Assembly: GCA_002269645.1 (NCBI GenBank)
Contig: NIVC01001379.1
Location: forward strand, 237,447-301,446
From: Macrostomum lignano
Lineage: Eukaryota
Length of the DNA: 64,000 bases
Direction of reading: 5' to 3'
In this document: one piece after another, positions 40,473 through 52,692 of the stretch
Layout of the letters: each line of letters opens with the position of its first letter
Numbering within the stretch: position 1 is the stretch's first letter
Notes under the pieces: generated by a model
Seen by the model: only the letters and a program-made list of their open reading frames with translations
Databases searched by the model: none
What the model was told of the DNA's origin: nothing
Translations under genes and position numbers: made by a program

Positions 40473-43400
40473 TCATTCAGTCTTCTTACCGTTGCTACCA
40501 TTAGCAACGTTATTGTTGACATGACCGTTGCCATTAGCAACGTTATTGTTGACATGACCGTTGCCATTAGCAACCGTATTTTTCTTAGCCAGCGAATAAT
40601 CCGGCGTGAGCATTGGCGAATAGCGCAGCCTCACAGCTTCATCAATGTCAATGTCGCCATTGACAGCGGCGGCAGCGGCGGCAGGCAGTTCGGAGGCGCC
40701 AGGCCGCTTGACCCGGGAGTAGGGCCCGATCTCGGGGTCGGTGATAAAGTCGTAAAGCACGCGGGTCCACGAGCGATGGCAGGGCAGATTATCGTACCAT
40801 TCGGGAGCGATGGCCCTCACCTGTGCGATATCGATTAGTGCAAAAATATGCATAATATTGCTTAACAAACAAATTCCCACATGCTCAGAATAAGGACTAC
40901 TGAAGTTAAAAACAGGAAACCTCATTCTTATAGTTTTGAAGGCCGGTCTTTTGCAAAAAAGGCACTACAAAGACCATAAAGGTGTTCAATTTTGTTTCAA
41001 TTTTCCTAGAAACCAAGTTTCCCGTTCTTGTGAATTCGTCCTTGATTTCAAATGCGAGCTAAAAACTCTCTGATTGAAATTTGCATAAAGATGGAGTCAG
41101 ATTGCTTCTATACAGCTGTTTAAAATGCAACAATTTGTAACTGGCGACTGCATGTGGCTCAGCACCTCACGGGGAATTCATTTGACTTTTATCTCTGCCG
41201 CTTAATCCTTGAACTGCGGGCCTGGGACACAGAGACACTTAGCAACCCGCTGTAAACTTGCTATTTATTAAACTGAAAATATGTAGTTTAGCAGCCCTGC
41301 GTTTACAAATAACTTTTTCTATTTCAGACGGTTAAAACTGTAGATTAGCAAAAAATAAGAGACAGATACAGTTCAGCAACGGGGGTGGTAGACCAGCAAC
41401 TGAGGATGTGGGAGGCTGAACCAGCAACTGGGGATCTGGGAGGCTGAACCAGCAACTGAGGATGTTGGAGGCTGGCCCAGCAACTGACACTCTGGGAGGC
41501 TGGCCCAGCAACTGGGGATCTGGGAGGCTGGCTCAGCAACTGGGGATCTGGGAGGCTGGCCCAGCAACTGAGGATCTGGGAGGCTGGCCCAGCAACTGAC
41601 ACTCTGGGAGGCTGGCCCAGCAACTGGGGATCTGGGAGGCTGGCTCAGCAACTGGGGATCTGGGAGGCTGGCCCAGCAACTGAGGATCTGGGAGGCTGGC
41701 CCAGCAACTGGGGATCTGGGAGGCTGGCCCAGCAACTGGGGATCTGGGAGGCTGGCCCAGCAACTGGGGATCTGGGAGGCTGGCCCAGCAACTGGGGATC
41801 TGGGAGGCTGGCTCAGCAACTGGGGATCTGGGAGGCTGGCCAGCAACTGAGTTCTGGCAGAGTTAGATTAAGTGATGCTTTAGGAGTTCACGGTGATATC
41901 AACGTAGTGGTTTTTGATTTGTAAACAAAAATGATTTTCAAAGATTAGGGCAAATCTACCGCGCTGCCAGTGTTTGCCTCATCAATAAATATTAAATATG
42001 AAAGACAGTAAACAAAAGCCAACGAAATTAAATTACAATTCAGTGCTAAAAAAATGAAATTGCCTAAATAGTCAATATTTACAAGAATGGATAATGCTTC
42101 AGATAAATAAAACTTAAAGCTGCAATGGTTGATAAGTCCAGATCGAGGTTGCGTATTTGATAGTTATTACTGTTTTAGAATCTATATAACTAAATCTGAA
42201 AAGTTCCTTATATAAAAGAAACTAGCAGCTTACATAGCGGACAGGCATACACAGAAGGTCGTCTCAGCGGAACTAAGGGGGCGGAGAAGGCGGGCTGAAG
42301 TGAAGACAGATAGCGGATAAGCTCGCTGACTGACTCACTGGCAGCAGAGCAGGTAATTATCGGCAAGCATACAGTTGGAAATGATACACATAATCGCATA
42401 CATATAACGGAAGAAGCCTATATAGAGTCACATGATAAAGCAGTGAGACAAGTTCCGGGTAACAAAGTAATAAATAATTAAACAATTAGCAGTAAAAAAC
42501 TTCTATTATTCGTCACTTACAACTTCAGTAGTTTTATAGAGCTTCTGATTGGCTCATGCTAATGAGTCATTATCGATTTCTACGCTAGATGGTTTCTGAT
42601 TGGCTAATGCTAATTAATCATTATCGATTTCTATGCAAGATGATTTCTGATTGGCTCATGCTAATGAGTCATTATCGATTTCTACGCTAGATGGTTTCTG
42701 ATTGGCTAATGCTAATTAATCATTATCGATTTCTATGCAAGATGATTTCTGATTGGCTCATGCTAATGAGTCATTATCGATTTCTACGCTAGATGGTTTC
42801 TGATTGGCTAATGCTAATTAATCATTATCGATTTCTATGCAAGATGATTTCTGATTGGCTGATGCTAATGAGTCATTATCGATTTCTACGCTAGATGGTT
42901 TCTGATTGGCTAATGCTAATTAATCATTATCGATTTCTATGCAAGATGATTTCTGATTGGCTGATGCTAATGAATCATTATCGATTTCTATGCTAGATGA
43001 TTTCTGATTGGCTGAAGCTAATGGGTCATTATCGATTTCTATGCTAGATGATTTCTGATTGGCTGAAGCTGATGAGTCATTATCGATTTCTATGCTAGAT
43101 GATTTCTGATTGGCTGAAGCTAATGGGTCATTATCGATTTCTATGCTAGATGATTTCTGATTGGCTGAAGCTGATGAGTCATTATCGATTTCTATGCTAG
43201 ATGATTTCTGATTGGCTGAAGCTAATGGGTCATTATCGATTTCTATGCTAGATGATTTCTGATTGGCTGAAGCTGATGAGTCATTATCGATTTCTATGCT
43301 AGATGATTTCTGATTGGCTGGACATAGTCTTCAATCAGTTGCTAGGAGACTCCTGACTGGTTCGATCGGGTAATCAATAACAGCTGGTAATCTGTGATTA

Positions 43401-45229
43401 AAATACATTACGAATAAACAGTCAAGGTAAATACAGCTTCTCTGCTCACCTTCGGCAGACGCGAGCCGGCCACGGACGGGAAATCGTGATGCTCATTGTG
43501 GTAGCCAACATTGAAGGTGATGCAGTTGAGCAAGCCGTAATAGCTGTAGGTTTCGTAGCCCTTCTTAAACATGTAGTGCTCGGAGATGAAGTGCCCAGCA
43601 ACCGGGTGAATGCCCAGAGACAGCAGGGTGCCAACCACCATATAGACCAGGGGCTTGAATCCTAGAAAGTACACCACCAGAACATCAAAACCGAGCTGTA
43701 CAGCGATGTTGATAGCCTCCAGCTTGGTCATGGGCATCGGATAGAGCACCAGCGGCCGAATGCTATAGAATAGCGGCTGCAGGAACAGCCAGATCAGCTT
43801 AGTGAAGCTGTTGCAGAACAGCATGCCCTCCATTCTGCTCGGCAAGTCCATGTCCCGCTTATCGTCACCTTGGTAGCGATGGTGCTCCAGATGATATTTC
43901 TTGAAGCTGACGCTGTAGGGAACTCCAATAGGCAGGTTGGCAAAGATGCCCAGAGCTCGATTGGCCATTGGCCGGGCGTGGCCGAATGCCAGATTATGCG
44001 AGATCTCGTGAATGGCCAGCGTCATTGAATGGTTAATTGTGCCGCCGAGTACGTAGGAGAGAAGCAGCAACTGCCACCAAGGCGGATTCAGCTGGGCGAT
44101 GGCAACAATGGAGGCCAGCTGGAAGGCCACCATGCCCAGTACGATCCATTTGAGCCGCGGGTCCGGGCCCATCAGCTCTTTGATCTCCGGGTGTTCGGCT
44201 GGACAAAATTTAAGATTTTAGTAAATTTTACTGGCAAAATGTTGCACCTGCCTACCTATTAAAATTCAGTAGTATGATGGGGTTTCTTCTGTTGCGGAAC
44301 TCCGGCCCGCGAAGCTTTTCTATCCGGCCTCGGGTCCTTTAAAACTTCAAAATATAGCAAACCCGCCCAACGTTTACATCACTTCTCAAGCTCTCTTCTC
44401 TCCTCTACTCTCTTATCTTCTCTCCTCTTATCTTCTCTCCTCTTATCTTCTCTCCTCTTATCTTCTCTCCTCTCCTCTTATCTTATCTTCTCTCCTCTCC
44501 TATACTCTCTTCTCTCCTCTCCTCTTATCTTCTCTCCTCTTATCTTCTCTCCTCTTATCTTCTCTCCTCTCCTCTTATCTTATCTTCTCTCCTCTACTCT
44601 CTTATCTTCTCTCCTCTTATCTTCTCTCCTCTTATCTTCTCTCCTCTCCTCTTATCTTCTCTCCTTTCCTCTTATCTTCTCTCCTCTTATCTTCTCTCCT
44701 CTCCTCTCCTCTTATCTCCTCTCCTCTCCTCTTATCTTATCTTATCTTCTCTCCTCTCCTCTCATTTCCAATCCTCCATCCTCTCCTCTCATTTCTAATC
44801 CTCCATCCCCTCTCCTCTCCTCTCATTTCTAATCCTCCATCCCCTCTCCTCTCCTCTCATTTCTAATCCTCCATCCTCTCTCCTCTCCTCTCATTTCTAA
44901 TCCTCCATCCCCTCTCCTCTCCTCTCATTTCTAATCCTCCATCCCCTCTCCTCTCCTCTCATTTCTAATCCTCCATCCTCTCTCCTCTCCTCTCATTTCT
45001 AATCCTCCATCCCCTCTCCTCTCCTCTCCGCTCTCATCTGGCCCGCAGCCATGACACATTCATTGACTTCTATCAATTATTGATAGCAAATTTGAGTAAT
45101 CTGCAACTTCGATCCAGGATGCCAAATGGCACAGCGATGCAACTCACCAAGAATCAGCTTTCGCCTAGTAGCGTGCGGTTCCTCGGTATAAACCCATTCG
45201 AAATCGGTTCGCGACACTGACTGACCCAT
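40473..45229 (-). CDS. DEGS1: Sphingolipid delta(4)-desaturase; exons 45229-45148, 44198-43450, 40820-40473 (392 aa)
   Basis: [27 protein letters not shown]; His boxes HEISH, HLEHH, HNEHH; [10 protein letters not shown]; [18 protein letters not shown]. Splice phases 1 and 0 fit. Confidence 0.96.
41390..41850. repeat. 28-bp minisatellite in DEGS intron 2
   Basis: CCAGCAACTGGGGATCTGGGAGGCTGGC, the reverse complement of the unit at 23860-24378. Confidence 0.92.
42540..43320. repeat. 51-bp minisatellite with A/B dimer higher-order structure
   Basis: Unit TTTCTGATTGGCTCATGCTAATGAGTCATTATCGATTTCTACGCTAGATGG, about 15 copies. Confidence 0.92.
44385..45030. repeat. Pyrimidine-rich simple repeats in DEGS intron 1
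   Basis: CTCTTATCTTCTCTC-type, then CTCTCCTCTCATTTCTAATCCTCCATCC-type units. Confidence 0.88.
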
Positions 45230-45714
45230 CTGCAGTTTCGCTGGCTGGCGCGCAGAACACACGAATAAAATGAAACTCTTGGCTGAATGCTTTGAAGACG
45301 GTCGTTTTTATTCTTCTCTCTATTTCGTTCCCGACCTCTTATTTGCGCAGTGCTGAGCAGGGGGCTATTTATATCAGCAGCGCAAGACCAGATAATGTGA
45401 AACACATCGGACCATAATTATGAATTGCCGCACTACAGTGCACGAGAGAAATGCTGTACATGGACTGGCTTAAGGCTATAATAGAATGGACACTTTTATA
45501 CTCTTTTATCTATAGATATCTAATAGGCGTGCTATACAAAGTATATCTTTGTGCAATGCCAGTGCACAGAACGCAAGCAGTCGGACCGACTCGGCAGGCG
45601 CGACGCAAACTGGTCTAGGCTGATTTAGTGGCTAAAGACAGAAGTAGAGACTGTAGAGTATTAGAAAAAAGTGGATGGACAGGATCCTGGAGATAAATAG
45701 CTCGTAGACAGAAT

Positions 45715-47265
45715 GCTAGAGACCTAGAGACAGGCGGACAGAATCCTAGAGACAGGCGGACAGAATCCTAGAGACAGGCGGACAGAATCCTAGAGACAGG
45801 CGGACAGAATCCTAGAGACAGGCGGACAGAATCCTAGAGACAGGCGGACAGAATCCTAGAGACAGGCGGACAGAATCCTAGAGACAGGCGGACAGAATCC
45901 TAGAGACAGGCGGACAGAATCCTAGAGACAGGCGGACAGAATCCTAGAGACAGGCGGACAGAATCCTAGAGACAGGCGGACAGAATCCTAGAGACAGGCG
46001 GACAGAATCCTAGAGACAGGCGGACAGAATCCTAGAGACAGGCGGACAGAATCCTAGAGACAGGCGGACAGAATCCTAGAGACAGGCGGACAGAATCCTA
46101 GAGACAGGCGGACAGAATCCTAGAGACAGGCGGACAGAATCCTAGAGACAGGCGGACAGAATCCTAGAGACAGGCGGACAGAATCCTAGAGACAGGCGGA
46201 CAGAATCCTAGAGACAGGCGGACAGAATCCTAGAGACAGGCGGACAGAATCCTAGAGACAGGCGGACAGAATCCTAGAGACAGGCGGACAGAATCCTAGA
46301 GACAGGCGGACAGAATCCTAGAGACAGGCGGACAGAATCCTAGAGACAGGCGGACAGAATCCTAGAGACAGGCGGACAGAATCCTAGAGACAGGCGGACA
46401 GAATCCTAGAGACAGGCGGACAGAATCCTAGAGACAGGCGGACAGAATCCTAGAGACAGGCGGACAGAATCCTAGAGACAGGCGGACAGAATCCTAGAGA
46501 CAGGCGGACAGAATCCTAGAGACAGGCGGACAGAATCCTAGAGACAGGCGGACAGAATCCTAGAGACAGGCGGACAGAATCCTAGAGACAGGCGGACAGA
46601 ATCCTAGAGACAGGCGGACAGAATCCTAGAGACAGGCGGACAGAATCCTAGAGACAGGCGGAGTGGCGGACAGAATCCTAGAGACAGGCGGACAGAATCC
46701 TAGAGACAAGCGGACAGAATCCTAGAGACAGGCGGACAGAATCCTAGAGACAAGCGGACAGAATCCTAGAGACAGGCGGACAGAATCCTAGAGACAAGCG
46801 GACAGAATCCTAGAGACAGGCGGACAGAATCCTAGACAGACCTAGAGACAGGCGGACAGAATCCTAGACAGACCTAGAGACAGGTGGACAAAATCCTAGA
46901 GACAGGTGGACAGAATCCTAGACAGACCTAGAGACAGGTGGACAGAATCCTAGAGACAGGCGGACAGAATCCTAGAGTGACCTAGAGACAGGCGGACAGA
47001 ATCCTAGAGTGACCTAGAGACATGTGGACAGAATCCTAGAGACGGACGGACAGAATCCTAGAGACCTAGGGACAGGCGGACAGAATCCTAGAGTGACCTA
47101 GAGACAGGCGGACAGAATCCTAGAGTGACCTAGAGACAGGTGGACAGAATCCTAGAGACGGACGGACAGAATCCTAGAGACCTAGAGACAGGCGGACAGA
47201 ATCCTAGAGTGACCTAGAGACAGGCGGACAGAATCCTAGACAGACCTAGAGACAGGCGGACAGAA
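45715..47265. repeat. 22-bp near-homogeneous satellite upstream of DEGS
   Basis: Unit CCTAGAGACAGGCGGACAGAAT, essentially perfect to ~46660, variants afterwards. Confidence 0.95.
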
Positions 47266-48564
47266 ACGGATCATTATCAAGTTTCAAACGCTACATTTTC
47301 TAGGCTAAAAAACTTAATAAATTAACAAAATGTCAAAAAAGTTTAAAGGGCTTCCAATAAGGGAAAAAGTATAATTACTTAATAAAACGAATACCTATTG
47401 CAATGCATACAGATAACCAAGGTAAAGGCTAACGCATGTACATTATAGATTGCCATTTTACATTAATTTTACATGCTCGGTGCCGAGAGGGCCCAGCCCA
47501 ACGCAGCGATTGTGCTCACGCGAATGGGGATGGTGAGGATACCCTTTCCCACAAAAAAACTCCCCCAATTGCCAACAAGCCGCTATCCCCTTAGAAATCA
47601 AAACGTACAAAGCAGCGCAAAGAAGGAAAAAAACTGGAGACAAAAAGGCAAAAGCTTAACAGAAAAGAAAAAACCTGGGAGCTGGGATGCAAAATAAAAA
47701 GCAAACAACTTTAGTGCGAAGGGACAGCAGGCTAAGGCTGCACTCAATACGTTAAACTAGCAGCGCTTAATGGGTAAAAATGCAAACTGAGGAATCGGGG
47801 TAATGGACGACTGAGATAAGGCGGCAAATTTTGAATCAATTACTGGGGAGCTTGCCGTCTCAAGCCGTCGCGCGACCAAATTTACTTGTCGCTAGCTAAT
47901 TCAGGGACTTCTGGCTGGTTGAACTGGACTGGAGAGACACCCTCAGCTAGAAATATATACCTGGACTGGAACTGGAAAGACACCATCAGCTAGAAATAGA
48001 TACCTGGACTGGACACCCTCAGCTAGAAATAGATACCTGGACTGGAAAGACACCATTAACTAGAAATAGATATTTGGACTGGAAAATGACATCCCACCCA
48101 AACTAGAAATAGATGCCTGAACTGAATTCCAGACAGTCTAGTTCCAGAAGTCCCTGGCCTGCTACAAACAAATATTTACAATACACGCAACCGATCACTG
48201 TTGCAAAAGAAAAAAATGAAACATAAAAGAGAAATACCAGGGAAGATAGATGAAGAATGAAACTGCAATTTGGTCCCATTCGATGCAAAGTTGTAAGTGC
48301 TCGATGTTTAGCATGCGAACAAGGCTAGCATATTCCCAACTTCGAGCAGATAATATTGCGAAAATTAATAAAACAATTCAACCTCGAAAGCCACCGACAG
48401 AGAGTAAATAAAAAAGTAAATTTTATTACAATCTTATAAGGCCGGACAGAATTTGAGAAAGAAATGACGAACTTGCTCTAATAATAGACCATTCTGGCAT
48501 TGCTACCTGCGTTTTGTCTGTACTTAAATTGCCTTTAATTGAGTAGATAGTGATAAACCTATTA

Positions 48565-49060
48565 AGGGTGAATGTACACTGGGGTGAGGGGTGAGTGTAC
48601 ACCGGGGTGGGTGAGGGTGAATATACACTGGGGTGGGTGAGGGGTTGAATGTACACTGGGGTGGGTGAGGGGTTGAATGTACACTGGGGTGGGTGAGGGG
48701 TTGAATGTACACTGGGATGGGTGAGGGGTTAAATGTACACTGGGGTGGGTGAGGGGTTGAATATACACTGGGGTGGGTGAGGGGTTGAATGTACACTGGG
48801 GTGGGTGAGGGGTTGAATGTACACTGGGATGGGTGAGGGGTTGAATGTACACTGGGGTGGGTGAGGGGTTGAATATACACTGGGGTGGGTGAGGGGTTGA
48901 ATGTACACTGGGGTGGGTGAGGGGTTGAATATACACTGGGGTGGGTGAGGGGTTGAATGTACACTGGGGTGGGTGAGGGGTTGAATCTACACTGGGGTGG
49001 GTAAGGGGTTGAATGTACACTGGGGTGGGTGAGGGTTGAATGTACACTGGGGTGGGTGAG
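48565..49060. repeat. 28-bp G-rich minisatellite
   Basis: Unit GTACACTGGGGTGGGTGAGGGGTTGAAT. Confidence 0.92.
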
Positions 49061-49644
49061 GCAGTCTGTACGAGAATGAGATCGCACATCATGGCCTGGA
49101 CGATACCATTTAACAAGTGTCTGGCAATAATTAGCACAAATTAAAACGGTTAAGAAGCAAACAGCACGCAAACTAAGCGCATAAATTTGTTTTAAAATGG
49201 GCATAAATAGAGTCGCTAGGAGGTCAAAACTATTAAAAAAATGATTGCATAAAGTTAAAAAGCTTTATAAAAATAAAATTTGGAAAATTACAATGATTAT
49301 TCTATAACTGATTGCACAGAGCCTGCAACTGTGCAGGTGCGCTTACATAACTCAGATGAGCCTAAAACAGCGAGGTTCTTACTTACCTCTCTTACTGACT
49401 GATTAAACCAACCAAATAAGTAGCTGAAAAAACAGCATTGCTAATTAATCTGGTGGGGTAGCGGCACTCAGGCAATGCAAGAGTTATCTATTATAAATAT
49501 GATAATAAATTCCTTCCGACAAACACCGGATCAAATGAAACGGTATGCGAAATAGAAAGAGGCTGCACTTTAAATAATAAAAGTAGAGCGATTCGGTTCC
49601 TGGGAGACCAGGTTAAACGGACTGAAACCGCTTGTTCTTAACGG

Positions 49645-50592
49645 CAGCGTGGCCCGCTGTACCCTCTATCGGTGTGGTCCTCCGGGTGGGGCGGCCCGCT
49701 GTTCCCTCTATCGGTGTGGTCCTCCGGGTGGGGCGGCCCGCTGTTCCCTCTATCGGTGTGGTCCTCCGGGTGGGGCGGCCCGCTGTACCCTCTATCGGTG
49801 TGGTCCTCCGGGTGGGGCGGCCCGCTGTTCCCTCTATCGGTGTGGTCCTCCGGGTGGGGCGGCCCGCTGTTCCCTCTATCGGTGTGGTCCTCCGGGTGGG
49901 GCGGCCCGCTGTACCCTCTATCGGTGTGGTCCTCCGGGTGGGGCGGCCCGCTGTTCCCTCTATCGGTGTGGTCCTCCGGGTGGGGCGGCCCGCTGTACCC
50001 TCTATCGGTGTGGTCCTCCGGGTGGGGCGGCCCGCTGTTCCCTCTATCGGTGTGGTCCTCCGGGTGGGGCGGCCCGCTGTTCCCTCTATCGGTGTGGTCC
50101 TCCGGGTGGGGCGGCCCGCTGTTCCCTCTATCGGTGTGGTCCTCCGGGTGGGGCGGCCCGCTGTTCCCTCTATCGGTGTGGTCCTCCGGGTGGGGCGGCC
50201 CGCTGTTCCCTCTATCGGTGTGGTCCTCCGGGTGGGGCGGCCCGCTGTACCCTCTATCGGTGTGGTCCTCCGGGTGGGGCGGCCCGCTGTTCCCTCTATC
50301 GGTGTGGTCCTCCGGGTGGGGCGGCCCGCTGTACCCTCTATCGGTGTGGTCCTCCGGGTGGGGCGGCCCGCTGTTCCCTCTATCGGTGTGGTCCTCCGGG
50401 TGGGGCGGCCCGCTGTTCCCTCTATCGGTGTGGTCCTCCGGGTGGGGCGGCCCGCTGTTCCCTCTATCGGTGTGGTCCTCCGGGTGGGGCGGCCCGCTGT
50501 TCCCTCCATCGGTGTGGTCCTCCGGGTGGGGCGGCCCGCTGTTCCCTCATCGGTGTGGTCCTCCGGGTGGGGCGGCCCGCTGTTCACTCTAT
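49645..50592. repeat. 42-bp GC-rich minisatellite, about 22 copies
   Basis: Unit GGCCCGCTGT(T/A)CCCTCTATCGGTGTGGTCCTCCGGGTGGGGC. Confidence 0.95.
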
Positions 50593-50675
50593 CGCTAGTT
50601 GCTTAACTGAATCCCCTAATAGAAAATGTTGTCTACGCAACAGGAAGTTCCTGTCAGATTAAATGAATCGCAAAT

Positions 50676-52272
50676 TCACATAACCGTACAGCAGGCCTTC
50701 TTAGCACCGCTGGAGTCCTCTCTAGTACTGCTGCTTTTACTCTGCTTTTTAGCTGCCAGCTTTCTGCTCTGCTGAGTCTTCTTGGCGTCGGCTACGCTGA
50801 CCGCCTCGGCGATGTACGGCGCGGCGGCGTTCAGCGTGGCCGAGCAGACCTGAACTTCAACCATGTCAGCCGGAGCCGCAACCGGCGAGGCCAGACTGCT
50901 GCTGTCCAGCTGAGAACCTGGCCGCCGGCTACTGTCAGTAGGCAGCAGAGGGCTGTGACCGTTGGCTTTGCTAGCTGGCGAGGGCGCCGGTGCCGCCTCT
51001 TGGACTTCGCCAGCGTCCTCGTCCGCCTCGTCGTCGACAATGATGGCGGTGGTCACCTGGACAAGTGCATGCAGGCACGAGTGAAATTTGATGAGAAATT
51101 AAGCACACTAAAAGTACATTAAAAAGTAACTGTTTGATAAAAACAACTAAAAATTTGCAGTGGCCAGCGTTGTGGACTGAAACACGTTTTCAGGTTTTTT
51201 AGTCAAATCGATCGGGGTCAAAGTTGGGGACAAGGGATCGGGATCTAAAGAGGAAATTCACGGGATCGGAATCTTAGGAGGGAATTCAGGGGATCGGAAT
51301 CTAAGGAGGGAATTCAGGGGATCTGGATTTAGGGAGGGGATTCAGGGGATCGGGATCTAAGGAGGGAATTCAGGGGATCGGGATCTAAGGAGGGAATTCA
51401 GGGGATCGGGATTTAGGGAGGGGATCAGGATCTTGGGAGGGGAATCTAGGGAGCTGGATCTAAGGAGGGGATTCACGGGATCGGGATCTAAGGACGGGAG
51501 GGGATTCAGGGATCAGGATCTTGGGAGGGGAATCTAGGGATCTGGATCTAAGGAGGAGAGTCAGGGGATCGGGATCTAAGGAGGGAATTTAAGTGATTGG
51601 GATCTAAGGCGTGGATTCACGGGATCGGGATCTAAGGAGGGAATTCAGGGGATCGGGATCTAGAGAGGCGAATCAGGGGATCGGGATTCAGGGAAGGAAT
51701 TCAGGGGATCGGGATTCAGGGAAGGAATTCAGGGGATCGGGATTTAGGGAAGGAATTCGAGGGATTGGGATCTAAGGAGGGAGGGGATCGGGATTTAAGG
51801 AGAGGATCCTGTAAGCCTAATAAATATGCAGGTTTCAACTAAAAAACTTGGGACACAATTTGGGAAATTGCAGCCAAGTTTCCGCCAAAAGAAAGCTAGC
51901 TTGCCTGAAATTCTTTTCAGGAGTGATCAGAAATGCAGTCATTACCTGGGTATCTGGCGAGACAATGCACACTGTGTCCTCATTGATTCGCACGTGACCC
52001 TTGGAGTTGCGCCTCGGCTGCTGCTCGACCTGATCCCCGGTGGGGGTGAGCGCAGCCGACACACTATTATTGATGTCGGCGCCTCCGTCGACGCTCGAGT
52101 CGGCCAGAGTGGAGTCTGGCTTGTCGTTGGTCCCGCCAGCCAGTTGGATAGAATTGCGGGACACGTGCGAGCCGCGCAGAATGGAATCGGCCTCGCGGTC
52201 CAGCTGGCTTCCAGGCCGGAACGGATTGTCCCTATCGGATTCTTCCTCTTCCACTCTGGTTAGCTTGGTCAT
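50676..52272 (-). CDS. Uncharacterised 235-aa disordered protein with an NPFRP motif and C-terminal KKACCTVM (CaaX); exons 52272-51946 and 51056-50676
   Basis: In-frame stop upstream of the ATG; cag|gtaatg donor and ttgtccag acceptor, both phase 0; basic residues plus CC-aaX terminus. Confidence 0.75.
51230..51810. repeat. ~28-bp intronic minisatellite
   Basis: Unit GGGGATCGGGATCTAAGGAGGGAATTCA. Confidence 0.88.
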
Positions 52273-52404
52273 TGCTGCTGGTTGCTATGGCAACTGCAGA
52301 AGTGTAGATAAGCTAAACAACCTTATACTGATGCACTGGCCAGCATAGATGGCCATTAAAATAAATACGGTCAGCATCTCTCGCCCAGCATAAGAGTAGG
52401 GATT

Positions 52405-52692
52405 GAAGCCTAGAGGTTAGAGTGTCGGAATCACGACTTGAAGGTCGGCGGTTCGAGTCCTGATCCCAATGGAACAAATTGTAGCCTTGAGCAAGACACT
52501 TAAGTCTGTATTGCTTCCAGTTCACCCTGCTGTAAAATGGGTGCCAGCATTAGCTGGGGTAATTGAGGGTGTTTGGGCGACCCCCCCCCCCCCAGTCCTT
52601 GGACCGAACAGCCGTACGCAGCCTTCAGAAGATGCACTGCGCAATAACTGCGGCTGAGCTGTCGACTAGGCAGGTGTAATCAATTATTATTA
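52405..52692 (+). mobile_element. tRNA-derived SINE
   Basis: A-box AGCCTAGAGGTT, B-box GGTTCGAGTCC, core CCTTGAGCAAGACACTT...CCCTGCTGTAAAATGGG, ATT tail; second copy at 39895-40170. Confidence 0.8.

Noticed and set aside
31054-45229. Lipid-metabolism gene cluster (ETNK plus DEGS)
   Set aside because: Two genes on opposite strands separated by an unrelated gene; no evidence beyond chance adjacency.
49613-50662. Four long ORFs (308-337 aa) on both strands
   Set aside because: They are translations of a stop-free 42-bp tandem repeat, with no splice or homology support.
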